Origin: an uncultured virus (IMG/VR IMGVR_UViG_3300020576_005736)
Taxonomy: Duplodnaviria > Heunggongvirae > Uroviricota > Caudoviricetes
Length of the DNA stretch: 20,000 nt
Direction: 5' to 3' (one strand)
IMG/VR virus record: IMGVR_UViG_3300020576_005736
Made by a program: the position numbers and the translations under genes
The notes under the pieces: generated by a model
Databases searched by the model: none
Told to the model about the DNA's origin: nothing
Seen by the model: the letters and a program-made list of their open reading frames with translations, nothing else
Shown here: positions 7,161 to 14,145 of the stretch, one piece after another
Position numbering within the stretch: the first letter of the stretch is position 1
How the letters are laid out: each line of letters opens with the position of its first letter

Positions 7161-7379
7161 TCAGCCTCGCTTCCATGACCACGGACGAGGCGGACGCGAC
7201 CACACATGAGTCTCGACTGCGCCCTGACGGAACTCAGCGTTCATGCGAGCAATGGCTGCATCGAGAGTCTCCTCCTCGGTCACAGTGACCCGTCCGTCCG
7301 ACCAGTCAGTGACAACTGCGTGCTCAGCGATGTCGGGGAGGCGAGCGAGGCCGAGTCTCAGGCGGAACCATCTCAGCAT
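7161..7379 (-). CDS. hypothetical protein (72 aa)
   Basis: AGGAG SD. Confidence 0.7.
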   Translation of the reverse strand: MLRWFRLRLGLARLPDIAEHAVVTDWSDGRVTVTEEETLDAAIARMNAEFRQGAVETHVWSRPPRPWSWKRG

Positions 7380-7388
7380 GGTGATCTC

Positions 7389-7529
7389 CTATCGGTAGAG
7401 TGAGTGATGACACACGTCGTATGAGTGAGTCTCGAGACACCGAGCCATCGCATCACGGTCGGACAGACCGGACAGACAGACCCAGACGATGAGGAGCAGC
7501 GCTCCTCCGAGCAGTATGCGATCGGTCAT
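7389..7529 (-). CDS. small putative membrane/secreted protein (46 aa, MTDRILLGGALLLIVWVCLS...)
   Basis: GGAGGAG SD, ATGA overlap with the upstream stop, hydrophobic N-terminus. Confidence 0.65.
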   Translation of the reverse strand: MTDRILLGGALLLIVWVCLSGLSDRDAMARCLETHSYDVCHHSLYR

Positions 7530-7870
7530 CTCTTCTCCTCCGCTGAGAACCACAGGCAGTCCTCAGACTCACTGAACCACTGAACCACCTTCGGACGATA
7601 CTTCTCATCGATCTTCAGATGAATCTCATTCGGGTTGTCCTGACGGACGTTCTCCGCACGGATCTTTCGTTTAATGAGCTGAGCGTTCACCGCATGGGAC
7701 GGTGCCTTCGCGATCACAAGCATGGTGTGGTTCCTCGTTAGCCTCAGCTCACCGTCGGGTGATCTGGTGCTGGTTGCTGCGCGTGGTGCGCCTTGGTCAG
7801 AGCATAATCGCTCACGGATAGGGCGGCGCTCGTCCGAGCAGTATGCGATCGGTCATTTCTCCACCTCCGC
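7499..7870. repeat. ~45-bp dispersed direct repeat of a gene junction (about 7499-7543 and 7826-7870)
   Basis: gcgctc(c/g)tccgagcagtatgcgatcggtcat...cctccgc present twice. Confidence 0.85.
7526..7723 (-). CDS. hypothetical protein (65 aa)
   Basis: GAGGA SD; lies between the two repeat copies. Confidence 0.65.
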   Translation of the reverse strand: MLVIAKAPSHAVNAQLIKRKIRAENVRQDNPNEIHLKIDEKYRPKVVQWFSESEDCLWFSAEEKR

Positions 7871-8173
7871 AGTACGACGCCAGACTCGAACACCAGGGGT
7901 CGGAGGGTGCTCCTTCCCGTCGTCAGTCCACGACTCGGTGGTCTGCTTCGTGATGAGGAAGTACAGGATCCTTCCGCTCTGCCGGAACTGTACTGCCCGG
8001 ACGCTGATGCGTCGCTGGAGGACGGCAGGAGAACAGTTGTACGCTGACGCTGGTACGAAGAAGGAGTCGCCCTCTTCCAGTGCACAGATGACCTCCGACA
8101 GATCGGAGGTGCCCCGAGAGCCGGAGCTTCGACCAGTGGGTACAGGGATATTCTTCTGAATCGTGATGCTCAT
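7853..8173 (-). CDS. phage hypothetical, putative small DNA-binding protein (IQKNIPVP...LEEGDSFFV...GVRVWR; 106 aa)
   Basis: GGAGG SD before ATG 8173. The motif pattern resembles a widespread small phage family (from memory). Confidence 0.75.
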   Translation of the reverse strand: MSITIQKNIPVPTGRSSGSRGTSDLSEVICALEEGDSFFVPASAYNCSPAVLQRRISVRAVQFRQSGRILYFLITKQTTESWTDDGKEHPPTPGVRVWRRTAEVEK

Positions 8174-8586
8174 GACAGACCTCCTGAGAAGATGAACGTG
8201 GTGAGGGCACCCCCCTCCTGGAACCAACAGTCCGTGAAAGACACGATAGTGATGTCTTGGTACGAATACTTCACCATCTCCACAATGCAGCCAGTCTCCT
8301 TGTTCTCCCAGATCACCGTTTTGCTCGACTTCGGGGCCTCCGCGAAGATCGTCCGAACCATCGCTCCGACCAGCCACCCCATCTCACGAAAGTCATCCTC
8401 CTCGCTCTCCGAGAAGAAGATAGCCGCTCTTCCAGGGAGTCTGCGTACAGTATCCTCCCACTGGTCCAGATCGAACTCCTTGCGGAACTCGGCCACGGAC
8501 TGAGGAAGTCCGTCCGGAGATGCCATCTTGATCACCTCGTCTAGGGCATGGCTGAATGAGGGAAGAAGAACAGTTGCTTTGGTCAT
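8170..8586 (-). CDS. hypothetical protein (~138 aa; likely start 8586)
   Basis: GGAG SD; first gene after promoter 8671-8699. Confidence 0.75.
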   Translation of the reverse strand: MTKATVLLPSFSHALDEVIKMASPDGLPQSVAEFRKEFDLDQWEDTVRRLPGRAAIFFSESEEDDFREMGWLVGAMVRTIFAEAPKSSKTVIWENKETGCIVEMVKYSYQDITIVSFTDCWFQEGGALTTFIFSGGLS

Positions 8587-8670
8587 CACAGATTCTCCGA
8601 GCTCTTCTTGAGAATAACGTAGTTCATCAGTACCTCCCATAGTGCTAGTTAGCTATACGCTAATAAACTT

Positions 8671-8699
8671 ATTATACGTATAGCCTAAACGCAAGTAAA
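8671..8699 (-). promoter_or_regulatory. strong sigma70-like promoter TTTACT-N17-TATAAT
   Basis: Perfect -10, 17-bp spacer, A-rich stretch upstream. Confidence 0.85.
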
Positions 8700-8769
8700 G
8701 CGGTATTTTACGATGAGCGACCGGCGGAGCTCGCACGGAGCGACGAAAACCCCACCCGGACGAATCGGG

Positions 8770-8855
8770 CGGAGCGACGGACAAAGAGGACACGGAGCGA
8801 CGGACAAAGAGGACACGGAGCGACGGACAAAGAGGACACGGAGCGACGGACAAAG
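8770..8855. repeat. 23-bp tandem repeat x3.7 (cggagcgacggacaaagaggaca)
   Basis: Exact units at 8770, 8793 and 8816, partial at 8839; no T on the + strand. Confidence 0.95.
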
Positions 8856-8867
8856 TACCGACGCGCG

Positions 8868-8898
8868 AAAGCCGCCCTAGGGCAGACCCTAGGGCGGC
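8868..8898 (-). terminator. terminator-like hairpin (12-bp perfect stem, short U3 tail)
   Basis: GCCGCCCTAGGG-CAGA-CCCTAGGGCGGC followed by UUU on the - strand. Confidence 0.5.
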
Positions 8899-9108
8899 CA
8901 GCGGAGAGGATAGCGGACTAGGCCAAGTAGCCGGCGGACCGAAGCCACGTAGCCGTAGCCGCAAGGCGACGCGCCCGAGCGGCGGCGCGGCGCGCAGGGA
9001 CGGACGGACAAACGCGGACGGGCACACCGGCGCAAGCGAATACAAGGTAGCGGCGGAGAGCGGACTTAGACATAGATAACCCCTAAGAAAGAATAGGATA
9101 TAAGCGGT

Positions 9109-9135
9109 AAAGCTAGGCGGGGTAGCCCGCCTAGC
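9109..9135 (-). terminator. terminator-like hairpin after gene 9158-9457
   Basis: GCTAGGCGGG-GTAG-CCCGCCTAGC followed by UUU on the - strand; adjacent (TAGCGCG)x3-4 repeat at 9132-9158. Confidence 0.6.
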
Positions 9136-9157
9136 GCGTAGCGCGTAGCGCGTAGCG

Positions 9158-9457
9158 CTACCCTACCAAAAGGTAGCCCTTACGTATATCGTATAAAAAA
9201 TCGGCCCGGTTAGCGCCGTTTTTTACCGCTAGCGCTTGGGCTAGCGTAAACGGGGCGGCGGGGTAAAGCGCGTAGCGCGCGTAGGCGGCGCTACCGGGTT
9301 TTTTGGGGTTAGGCGTAACCGCCGTTACGGTTACGGTTAGCGGCGCGCCGCCTACGTAGGCGGTAGGGTTACGCGGCGCTACCGCGTTAGCTACCGGCGG
9401 TAGCGTAGCGGCGGTAGGCGTAGCGGCGGTAGGCGTAGCGGCGGTAGCGTTAGGCAT
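9158..9457 (-). CDS. NPKxP-domain paralog 4 (99 aa), first gene of the early arm, encoded in dinucleotide-restricted DNA
   Basis: NPKKPGSAAYARYALY...GANRADFLYDIRKGYL aligns with the three paralogs. It has its own promoter, AGGGG SD and terminator; the N-terminal PTAAT repeats come from a 15-bp DNA repeat. Confidence 0.9.
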   Translation of the reverse strand: MPNATAATPTAATPTAATLPPVANAVAPRNPTAYVGGAPLTVTVTAVTPNPKKPGSAAYARYALYPAAPFTLAQALAVKNGANRADFLYDIRKGYLLVG

Positions 9458-9471
9458 TTGTAACCCCTAGT

Positions 9472-9509
9472 TAGCCCCTAGCGGGGCGGGTAGCCCCTAG
9501 CGGGGCGGG
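9472..9509. repeat. 19-bp tandem repeat x2 (tagcccctagcggggcggg) in the 5' leader, each unit a small hairpin
   Basis: Exact copies at 9472 and 9491. Confidence 0.9.
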
Positions 9510-9541
9510 TAGGGCTAGCTACCTAGCTAACCCTTAAACTA

Positions 9542-9570
9542 ACCTTATACCCTAGCCCCTAGCCCGTAAA
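9542..9570 (-). promoter_or_regulatory. sigma70-like promoter TTTACG-N17-TAAGGT
   Basis: Same TTTAC -35 family, 17-bp spacer, AT-rich upstream; +1 (~9535) coincides with the hairpin at 9511-9534. Confidence 0.65.
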
Positions 9571-9697
9571 GTTATTTAATACTTATGGTATACTACGGCT
9601 AAACTATAGCTATACTTTACTAGGTTTTTTTACCTAGTAACTATACTTATATTAGGTATAATACCCTAAATGGTTACTACGCTATACTACTATTAGC

Positions 9698-9718
9698 CTT
9701 TAGTATAATATACTAAAG
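9698..9718. promoter_or_regulatory. 21-bp palindrome CTTTAGTATA-A-TATACTAAAG (candidate protein-binding site)
   Basis: Perfect 10-bp arms; a second inverted repeat TTACTAGG/CCTAGTAA lies at 9617-9640. Confidence 0.5.
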
Positions 9719-10606
9719 TATTAGCCGCCCGTATAGGGCTAGGTATACGGTGGTGGTCGGTCGGACCGTGGCTAATTCACGTGTTTCCAGGTCACTCTTC
9801 TGACAATATCTGACACAGCTGCTGGGTGGGATCCTGGCAATCTCTCTGTCCAGCTTCTCGCATACAAGCATTGTTCTCTCCTGCTCTCTGTCCCGACTAT
9901 ACAGTACCACCGTCTCGTAGTATAGGCGCTACGCGGGCGGCGGTAGTAGGGCGGCTGCGAGGTAGCTGGGGACCGCTGGGAGGGTCGCTGGAGCCTGTGG
10001 TAGCGGGCGGCGGTAGTAGGGCGCGGGGCGGCGGCTAAGGCGGTCCTGTGAGGATGGGAGGGGCGCGGCTATAGGGCATCTGACATTGACGACTGAGTGG
10101 TTATTCTGTCATCAGGATGAGGTTAGGGTATGGAGGGCTGGGGACAGAGAGCGGCGCAGCCCGAACCTCGTACACATGACGTGAGTCCTCATGCAGAGAT
10201 CAGTATTACGTCACCAATAGTTTAAGCGCGCACCCTATTAGCACCCTTAATAGGTGCATATGTACAGCTAACCCCTTGTAATATAAGGACTTTTCAGCCC
10301 TCGCGTACGCACGCCTATATACGTGTCGCAGGTAAAAAATTTTCGTGCCGCCAGAAAATAGACGACTAATATTCGTAATAAGCCAATAACACTCTTATAT
10401 TTCAATAACTTAGATCCTATTAGTCCGCCTATTACGCCTTTCCAGAGGTTCCGATCTAATAGCTTTTTACGTGGATCTGAATAATCGGGGAGGGCGTAGC
10501 TGTTCAAGATTACGAGATACTTGCTCACATGACGTATATATGCGCGCGTGGGGGATTGTGCCAGAACTCCTCCCCGGCTATACTTGTCTGAAAGTAGGAG
10601 GATCTC

Positions 10607-10825
10607 ATGACAAAGAGAGCGACGTTCGTCCTTCCTTCGGGGAAGGTGCTTCAGCTCACTGAGCGTAAGGCTCAGCGAAAGACAGCTATCAACAAGACGA
10701 AGACAAAGATCCAGGAGCTTCTTCAGTCAGCAGACAGCACACGAACAACAAGGAAGATGACTCCAGAAGAGGTCAGAGAGCAGCTGAGATGGAATAAGGA
10801 TGTACACAATGCACGCAACAGCTGA
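10607..10825 (+). CDS. basic hypothetical protein (72 aa)
   Basis: AGGAGG SD; TATACT -10 candidate at 10579-10584. Confidence 0.7.
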   Translation: MTKRATFVLPSGKVLQLTERKAQRKTAINKTKTKIQELLQSADSTRTTRKMTPEEVREQLRWNKDVHNARNS

Positions 10826-11342
10826 GCTCGTACGATCAGTACTTCGATGGTCTCTCACTGTGGTTGCACACGAGGAGGCTGCGCACGGGCGCTTTCCCGG
10901 TCCCCGCATCTCTCAGTTCTGCCTCGGTAATCTGATGTCCAGGACTGACCCTGCGACTGCTGCTGCCATCGCCAAGGAGATCGCCGAGATCGAGAAGGCG
11001 GAGGAGACAGACATCTACATGGACTCGCTCATCTCCTGTATCAGAGCAAGCTGGGGACAGAGAGCTCCTGGCAAGCCGCGCAGAACAGGAGCCGAGGACA
11101 CTGTCATGGTGGCGAGCCGAATGGTCTCTGCTCTCAGACAGTTCAGCAACAGCCAGGACAGAGAACTCATGGAGGTGTGCTGCTCTGTGAAGACCTGGAA
11201 GCAGGTGGAGAAACTGATGCCAGGTAGAGTCTGGTCGTCTATTCGGGACGACTTCGAGAAGCTCTCTCGACGCTTCTACCTGAAGGAGAGCCACACAGTC
11301 TGCGCGACCGCAGAGTTCATTACTCAGCTCTCCAAGAAGTGA
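10809..11342 (+). CDS. hypothetical protein (~177 aa), possible late-transcription regulator
   Basis: AAGGA SD before ATG 10809. Function is inferred only from its position upstream of terS and a helical C-terminus. Confidence 0.7.
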   Translation: MHATAELVRSVLRWSLTVVAHEEAAHGRFPGPRISQFCLGNLMSRTDPATAAAIAKEIAEIEKAEETDIYMDSLISCIRASWGQRAPGKPRRTGAEDTVMVASRMVSALRQFSNSQDRELMEVCCSVKTWKQVEKLMPGRVWSSIRDDFEKLSRRFYLKESHTVCATAEFITQLSKK

Positions 11343-11386
11343 CAGAAAATAATTTCGGCGACGAGAACTTTTTAGCTTGTGTTTTT

Positions 11387-11414
11387 CTGCCAACTAGGCT
11401 AAACTCGGTATAAT
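11387..11414 (+). promoter_or_regulatory. candidate promoter for the terminase operon (CTGCCA-N16-TATAAT)
   Basis: Perfect -10 at 11409-11414 just before the GAGGAG SD; T-rich upstream. Confidence 0.5.
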
Positions 11415-11429
11415 GAGGAGATTCCGCCA

Positions 11430-11957
11430 GTGAGCGATTCAGGTACATTTATCGAGAGCGCGAAGGGAGGACCAGGTGGCTGGGGTCCCGAGCGGCTCTC
11501 CAAGATTCCTGAGTACAAGCTCCAGATCGTGGAGCTTATCGCCTCTGGTCTGTTCGTCTCCGAGATCTGCCAGCAGATCGGTATCACCCCACCCACGGTC
11601 CGCAAGTGGCGAGCCGAGGACAAAGAGTTCGACGAAGCCTACACTGACGCAGAGGCTCAGGTCACTGACACTCTGGAGAAGGAGGCGATCCGTCGAGCTC
11701 GGAACGGTGTCCTCGAGCCTGTGGTCTCTGGTGGCAAGGTCGTCATGGACCCAGCCAATCCAGGAGAGGTACTCCAGGTTCGTCGCTACAGCGACGGACT
11801 TATGCAGTTCCTTCTCAAGGGTCGTCGTCGCGACGTCTACGGAGACAAGCGCGAGGTCGAGGCGAAGGTCGGTATCGATGTCGTCGGAGCCAAGTCCTCT
11901 CTGGAGGCCAAGTTCGCGGCTGCCGCAGCCGCTATAAGCGAAGGATCCGGAGAATGA
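11430..11957 (+). CDS. terS: terminase small subunit
   Basis: N-terminal HTH (EICQQIGITPPTVRKWR..D.EF), LEKEAIRRA..G...YSDGLMQFLLKG motif, position upstream of terL. Confidence 0.85.
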   Translation: MSDSGTFIESAKGGPGGWGPERLSKIPEYKLQIVELIASGLFVSEICQQIGITPPTVRKWRAEDKEFDEAYTDAEAQVTDTLEKEAIRRARNGVLEPVVSGGKVVMDPANPGEVLQVRRYSDGLMQFLLKGRRRDVYGDKREVEAKVGIDVVGAKSSLEAKFAAAAAAISEGSGE

Positions 11958-12151
11958 CCACTGCTGTCACTGTTGACGCTCATGCAGGCTGGCCTGTGCG
12001 AGTCACCCTCATCGATCAGTCGCCGGACGGAATGACTCAGTCTGAGTCTGTGCAGATCGTCGCCGCGAACACGAAGCAGGCCTTCTATGTCTGGAATGGT
12101 CGGGACATCAAGGTCCACGAGCTTCAGCCCGGAGAAGTCTCCGAAGAGTAA
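11954..12151 (+). CDS. small hypothetical protein between terS and terL (65 aa)
   Basis: ATGA overlap with the terS stop; GGAG SD. Confidence 0.75.
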   Translation: MTTAVTVDAHAGWPVRVTLIDQSPDGMTQSESVQIVAANTKQAFYVWNGRDIKVHELQPGEVSEE

Positions 12152-12166
12152 TCACTGAGGACAGTC

Positions 12167-13540
12167 ATGCTCACAGCAGCCACGCTTCGCAAACTCCCGG
12201 CTGCTGCGCGTAGCGACTTCTTCTCGTCTCTATCGGACGAGGAGGCTGCTGTCCTCATGTTCGACTGGAACTTCTGGGCTCGACACGACCAGAAGATGCC
12301 CGATGCTCTCCTGGACACGTCCAGTCCTATCGTTACATGGCTCGCTCTGGCTGGTCGCGGCTGGGGCAAGACACGTGTTGGCTCTCAGGCTCTCATTGAC
12401 GAGGTCTACCATGCCAGAGCTGGACGCATTGCTCTTATTGCAGAGACTGCAGCTGACGCTCGCGACGTCATTGTGGAGGGCGACTCTGGCATTCTGGCTT
12501 GCTCACCTCCCTGGTTCCGACCAGCGTACGAGCCGTCCAAGCGACGACTCACCTGGCCGAACGGAGCTTTGGCCTTCACGTTCAACGCTGTAGAGCCAGA
12601 CCAGCTTCGCGGTCCGCAGTTCGACTTTGCCTGGGGAGACGAGCTTGCTAAGTGGCGCTATGCTCAGGAGACTTTTGATAATCTCCAGTTTGGTCTTCGT
12701 CTTGGGCGTCGTCCTCGACAGATCTTCACGACCACTCCTCGACCGATCAAGATCGTCAGAGAGATGGTCAACGACCCCACAGTATTTGTCACGCGTGGGC
12801 GCACACTCGACAATGCGGACAACCTGGCAGCGAGCTTCCTTGCTCAGGTGAAGCGCAAGTACGAGGGGACACGTCTCGGCCGACAAGAGCTCGAGGCAGA
12901 GATCCTTCTCGACACTCCAGGTGCTCTGTGGACGAGGTCTATGCTAGAGGCTGCGTACCTGAAGCCTCTGGAGACTGAGGTGTTTCCAGCACACATGTTT
13001 TCTCGAATAGTGGTTGCCATCGATCCGGCAGTCTCCAACGAGGAGGGGTCGGACGAGACGGGCATTGTTGTTGCAGGTATTCGTGCTAGCGACGATCATG
13101 TAGTCGTGATCGACGACCAGAGCGGAAGATACTCCCCAACAGAGTGGGCTCAGAAGGCTGTCTTCCTGTTCAGGAAGTTCTCTGCAGACCGAATCGTGGC
13201 AGAGGTGAATCAGGGCGGTGACATGGTTGAGACGACCATTCGCATGATCGACCCGAACGCTCCATACAAGAGCGTCCATGCCAGTAAGGGCAAGGTCACT
13301 AGAGCAGAGCCTGTCTCTGCTCTGTACGAGAAGGGATGGGTCCATCACATGGGGTCATTTCCTATTCTAGAGGACCAGATGTCCCAGTTTGCCAGAGACT
13401 TCGACAAGAAGATCATGGGGTTCTCGCCTGACAGGGTTGATGCTCTGGTCTGGGCGATCACTGAGCTGAAGATCGACATAGGCGACGGAACTGCCATCAT
13501 CGACTTCTATCGGAAGCAGACTGAGGGAAAAGAGATATGA
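12167..13540 (+). CDS. terL: terminase large subunit
   Basis: Walker A AGRGWGKT, Walker B FAWGDE, motif III TTTP, RNase H-like nuclease IVVAIDPA..DETG..PDRVDA. Confidence 0.95.
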   Translation: MLTAATLRKLPAAARSDFFSSLSDEEAAVLMFDWNFWARHDQKMPDALLDTSSPIVTWLALAGRGWGKTRVGSQALIDEVYHARAGRIALIAETAADARDVIVEGDSGILACSPPWFRPAYEPSKRRLTWPNGALAFTFNAVEPDQLRGPQFDFAWGDELAKWRYAQETFDNLQFGLRLGRRPRQIFTTTPRPIKIVREMVNDPTVFVTRGRTLDNADNLAASFLAQVKRKYEGTRLGRQELEAEILLDTPGALWTRSMLEAAYLKPLETEVFPAHMFSRIVVAIDPAVSNEEGSDETGIVVAGIRASDDHVVVIDDQSGRYSPTEWAQKAVFLFRKFSADRIVAEVNQGGDMVETTIRMIDPNAPYKSVHASKGKVTRAEPVSALYEKGWVHHMGSFPILEDQMSQFARDFDKKIMGFSPDRVDALVWAITELKIDIGDGTAIIDFYRKQTEGKEI

Positions 13541-14145
13541 CTCTTCCTGTCTTTCCGACTCTGACGGGAGTAGACTGGGACATTGAGCGGAAGATACTGT
13601 GGGCGACTAACAGGTACGTGTCCGTGTCTGGCCTCAGAACAAGCAGCCCGCTCAGGACTCTTCCAACAAGATCTTGGAAGATCCGGATCTCTCTCCTCAG
13701 GTCTGGAGTCTTTCAAGGACAGACACTGACTGAGATGGAAAGTCTTGCTGGGCTGTACAACACATGCTGTGGTGCAGCATATCCCTTCTCGTACAGAGAC
13801 GATACTGACAGCACTGCTGTGGCACAGGTGTTCGGGACAGGTACTGGGTCTGCTAAGACGTTCCAGCTCTGTCGATCTGTCGGGGGATTTGTCGAGCCAG
13901 TGTACCTTCCTGGATCCCCGATCTCTGTCTATAAGAACGGAGTGGTACAGTCCCCATCCTCGTACTCTGTCGGACCCACGGGCCTGGTGACGTTCAATAC
14001 TGCTCCTGCATCAGGGGTCGTCCTGACCTGGTCTGGATCGTACAGCTGGCTGTGTCGGTTCGATGAGGACAGTCTTGAGACTGTCCAGACGATGCCAGGT
14101 AGGTTCTCCGTCTCTTCTCTCTCGTTCACATCGGAGCTGTTATGA
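13537..14145 (+). CDS. DUF2460 / TIGR02217-type distal tail protein (GTA-like)
   Basis: FGTGTGSAKTFQL, VTFNTAPASGVVLTWSG..CRFDED motifs; synteny with DUF2163 and NlpC. Confidence 0.8.
   Translation: MTLPVFPTLTGVDWDIERKILWATNRYVSVSGLRTSSPLRTLPTRSWKIRISLLRSGVFQGQTLTEMESLAGLYNTCCGAAYPFSYRDDTDSTAVAQVFGTGTGSAKTFQLCRSVGGFVEPVYLPGSPISVYKNGVVQSPSSYSVGPTGLVTFNTAPASGVVLTWSGSYSWLCRFDEDSLETVQTMPGRFSVSSLSFTSELL

Noticed and set aside
291..8544. Numerous + strand ORFs in the early arm (e.g. 291-839, 2520-3041, 6727-7209)
   Set aside because: Antisense shadows of - strand genes that have SDs and motifs; the TA-poor composition makes stops rare.
8600..8650. CUGAUGA in the leader of gene 8170-8586
   Set aside because: No matching GAAA or stem III nearby, so not a hammerhead.
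8770..8855. 23-bp repeats as a CRISPR array
   Set aside because: Units are directly adjacent with no spacers, and there are no cas genes.
8653..9045. 130-aa ORF on the - strand
   Set aside because: TTG start without SD, low complexity, crosses repeats, hairpins and a promoter. It stays open largely because TGA is excluded by the local dinucleotide bias.
10268..10528. 86-aa - strand ORF in the divergence region
   Set aside because: No clear SD, atypical codon style, AT-rich regulatory-looking DNA; cannot be supported, though not strictly excluded.
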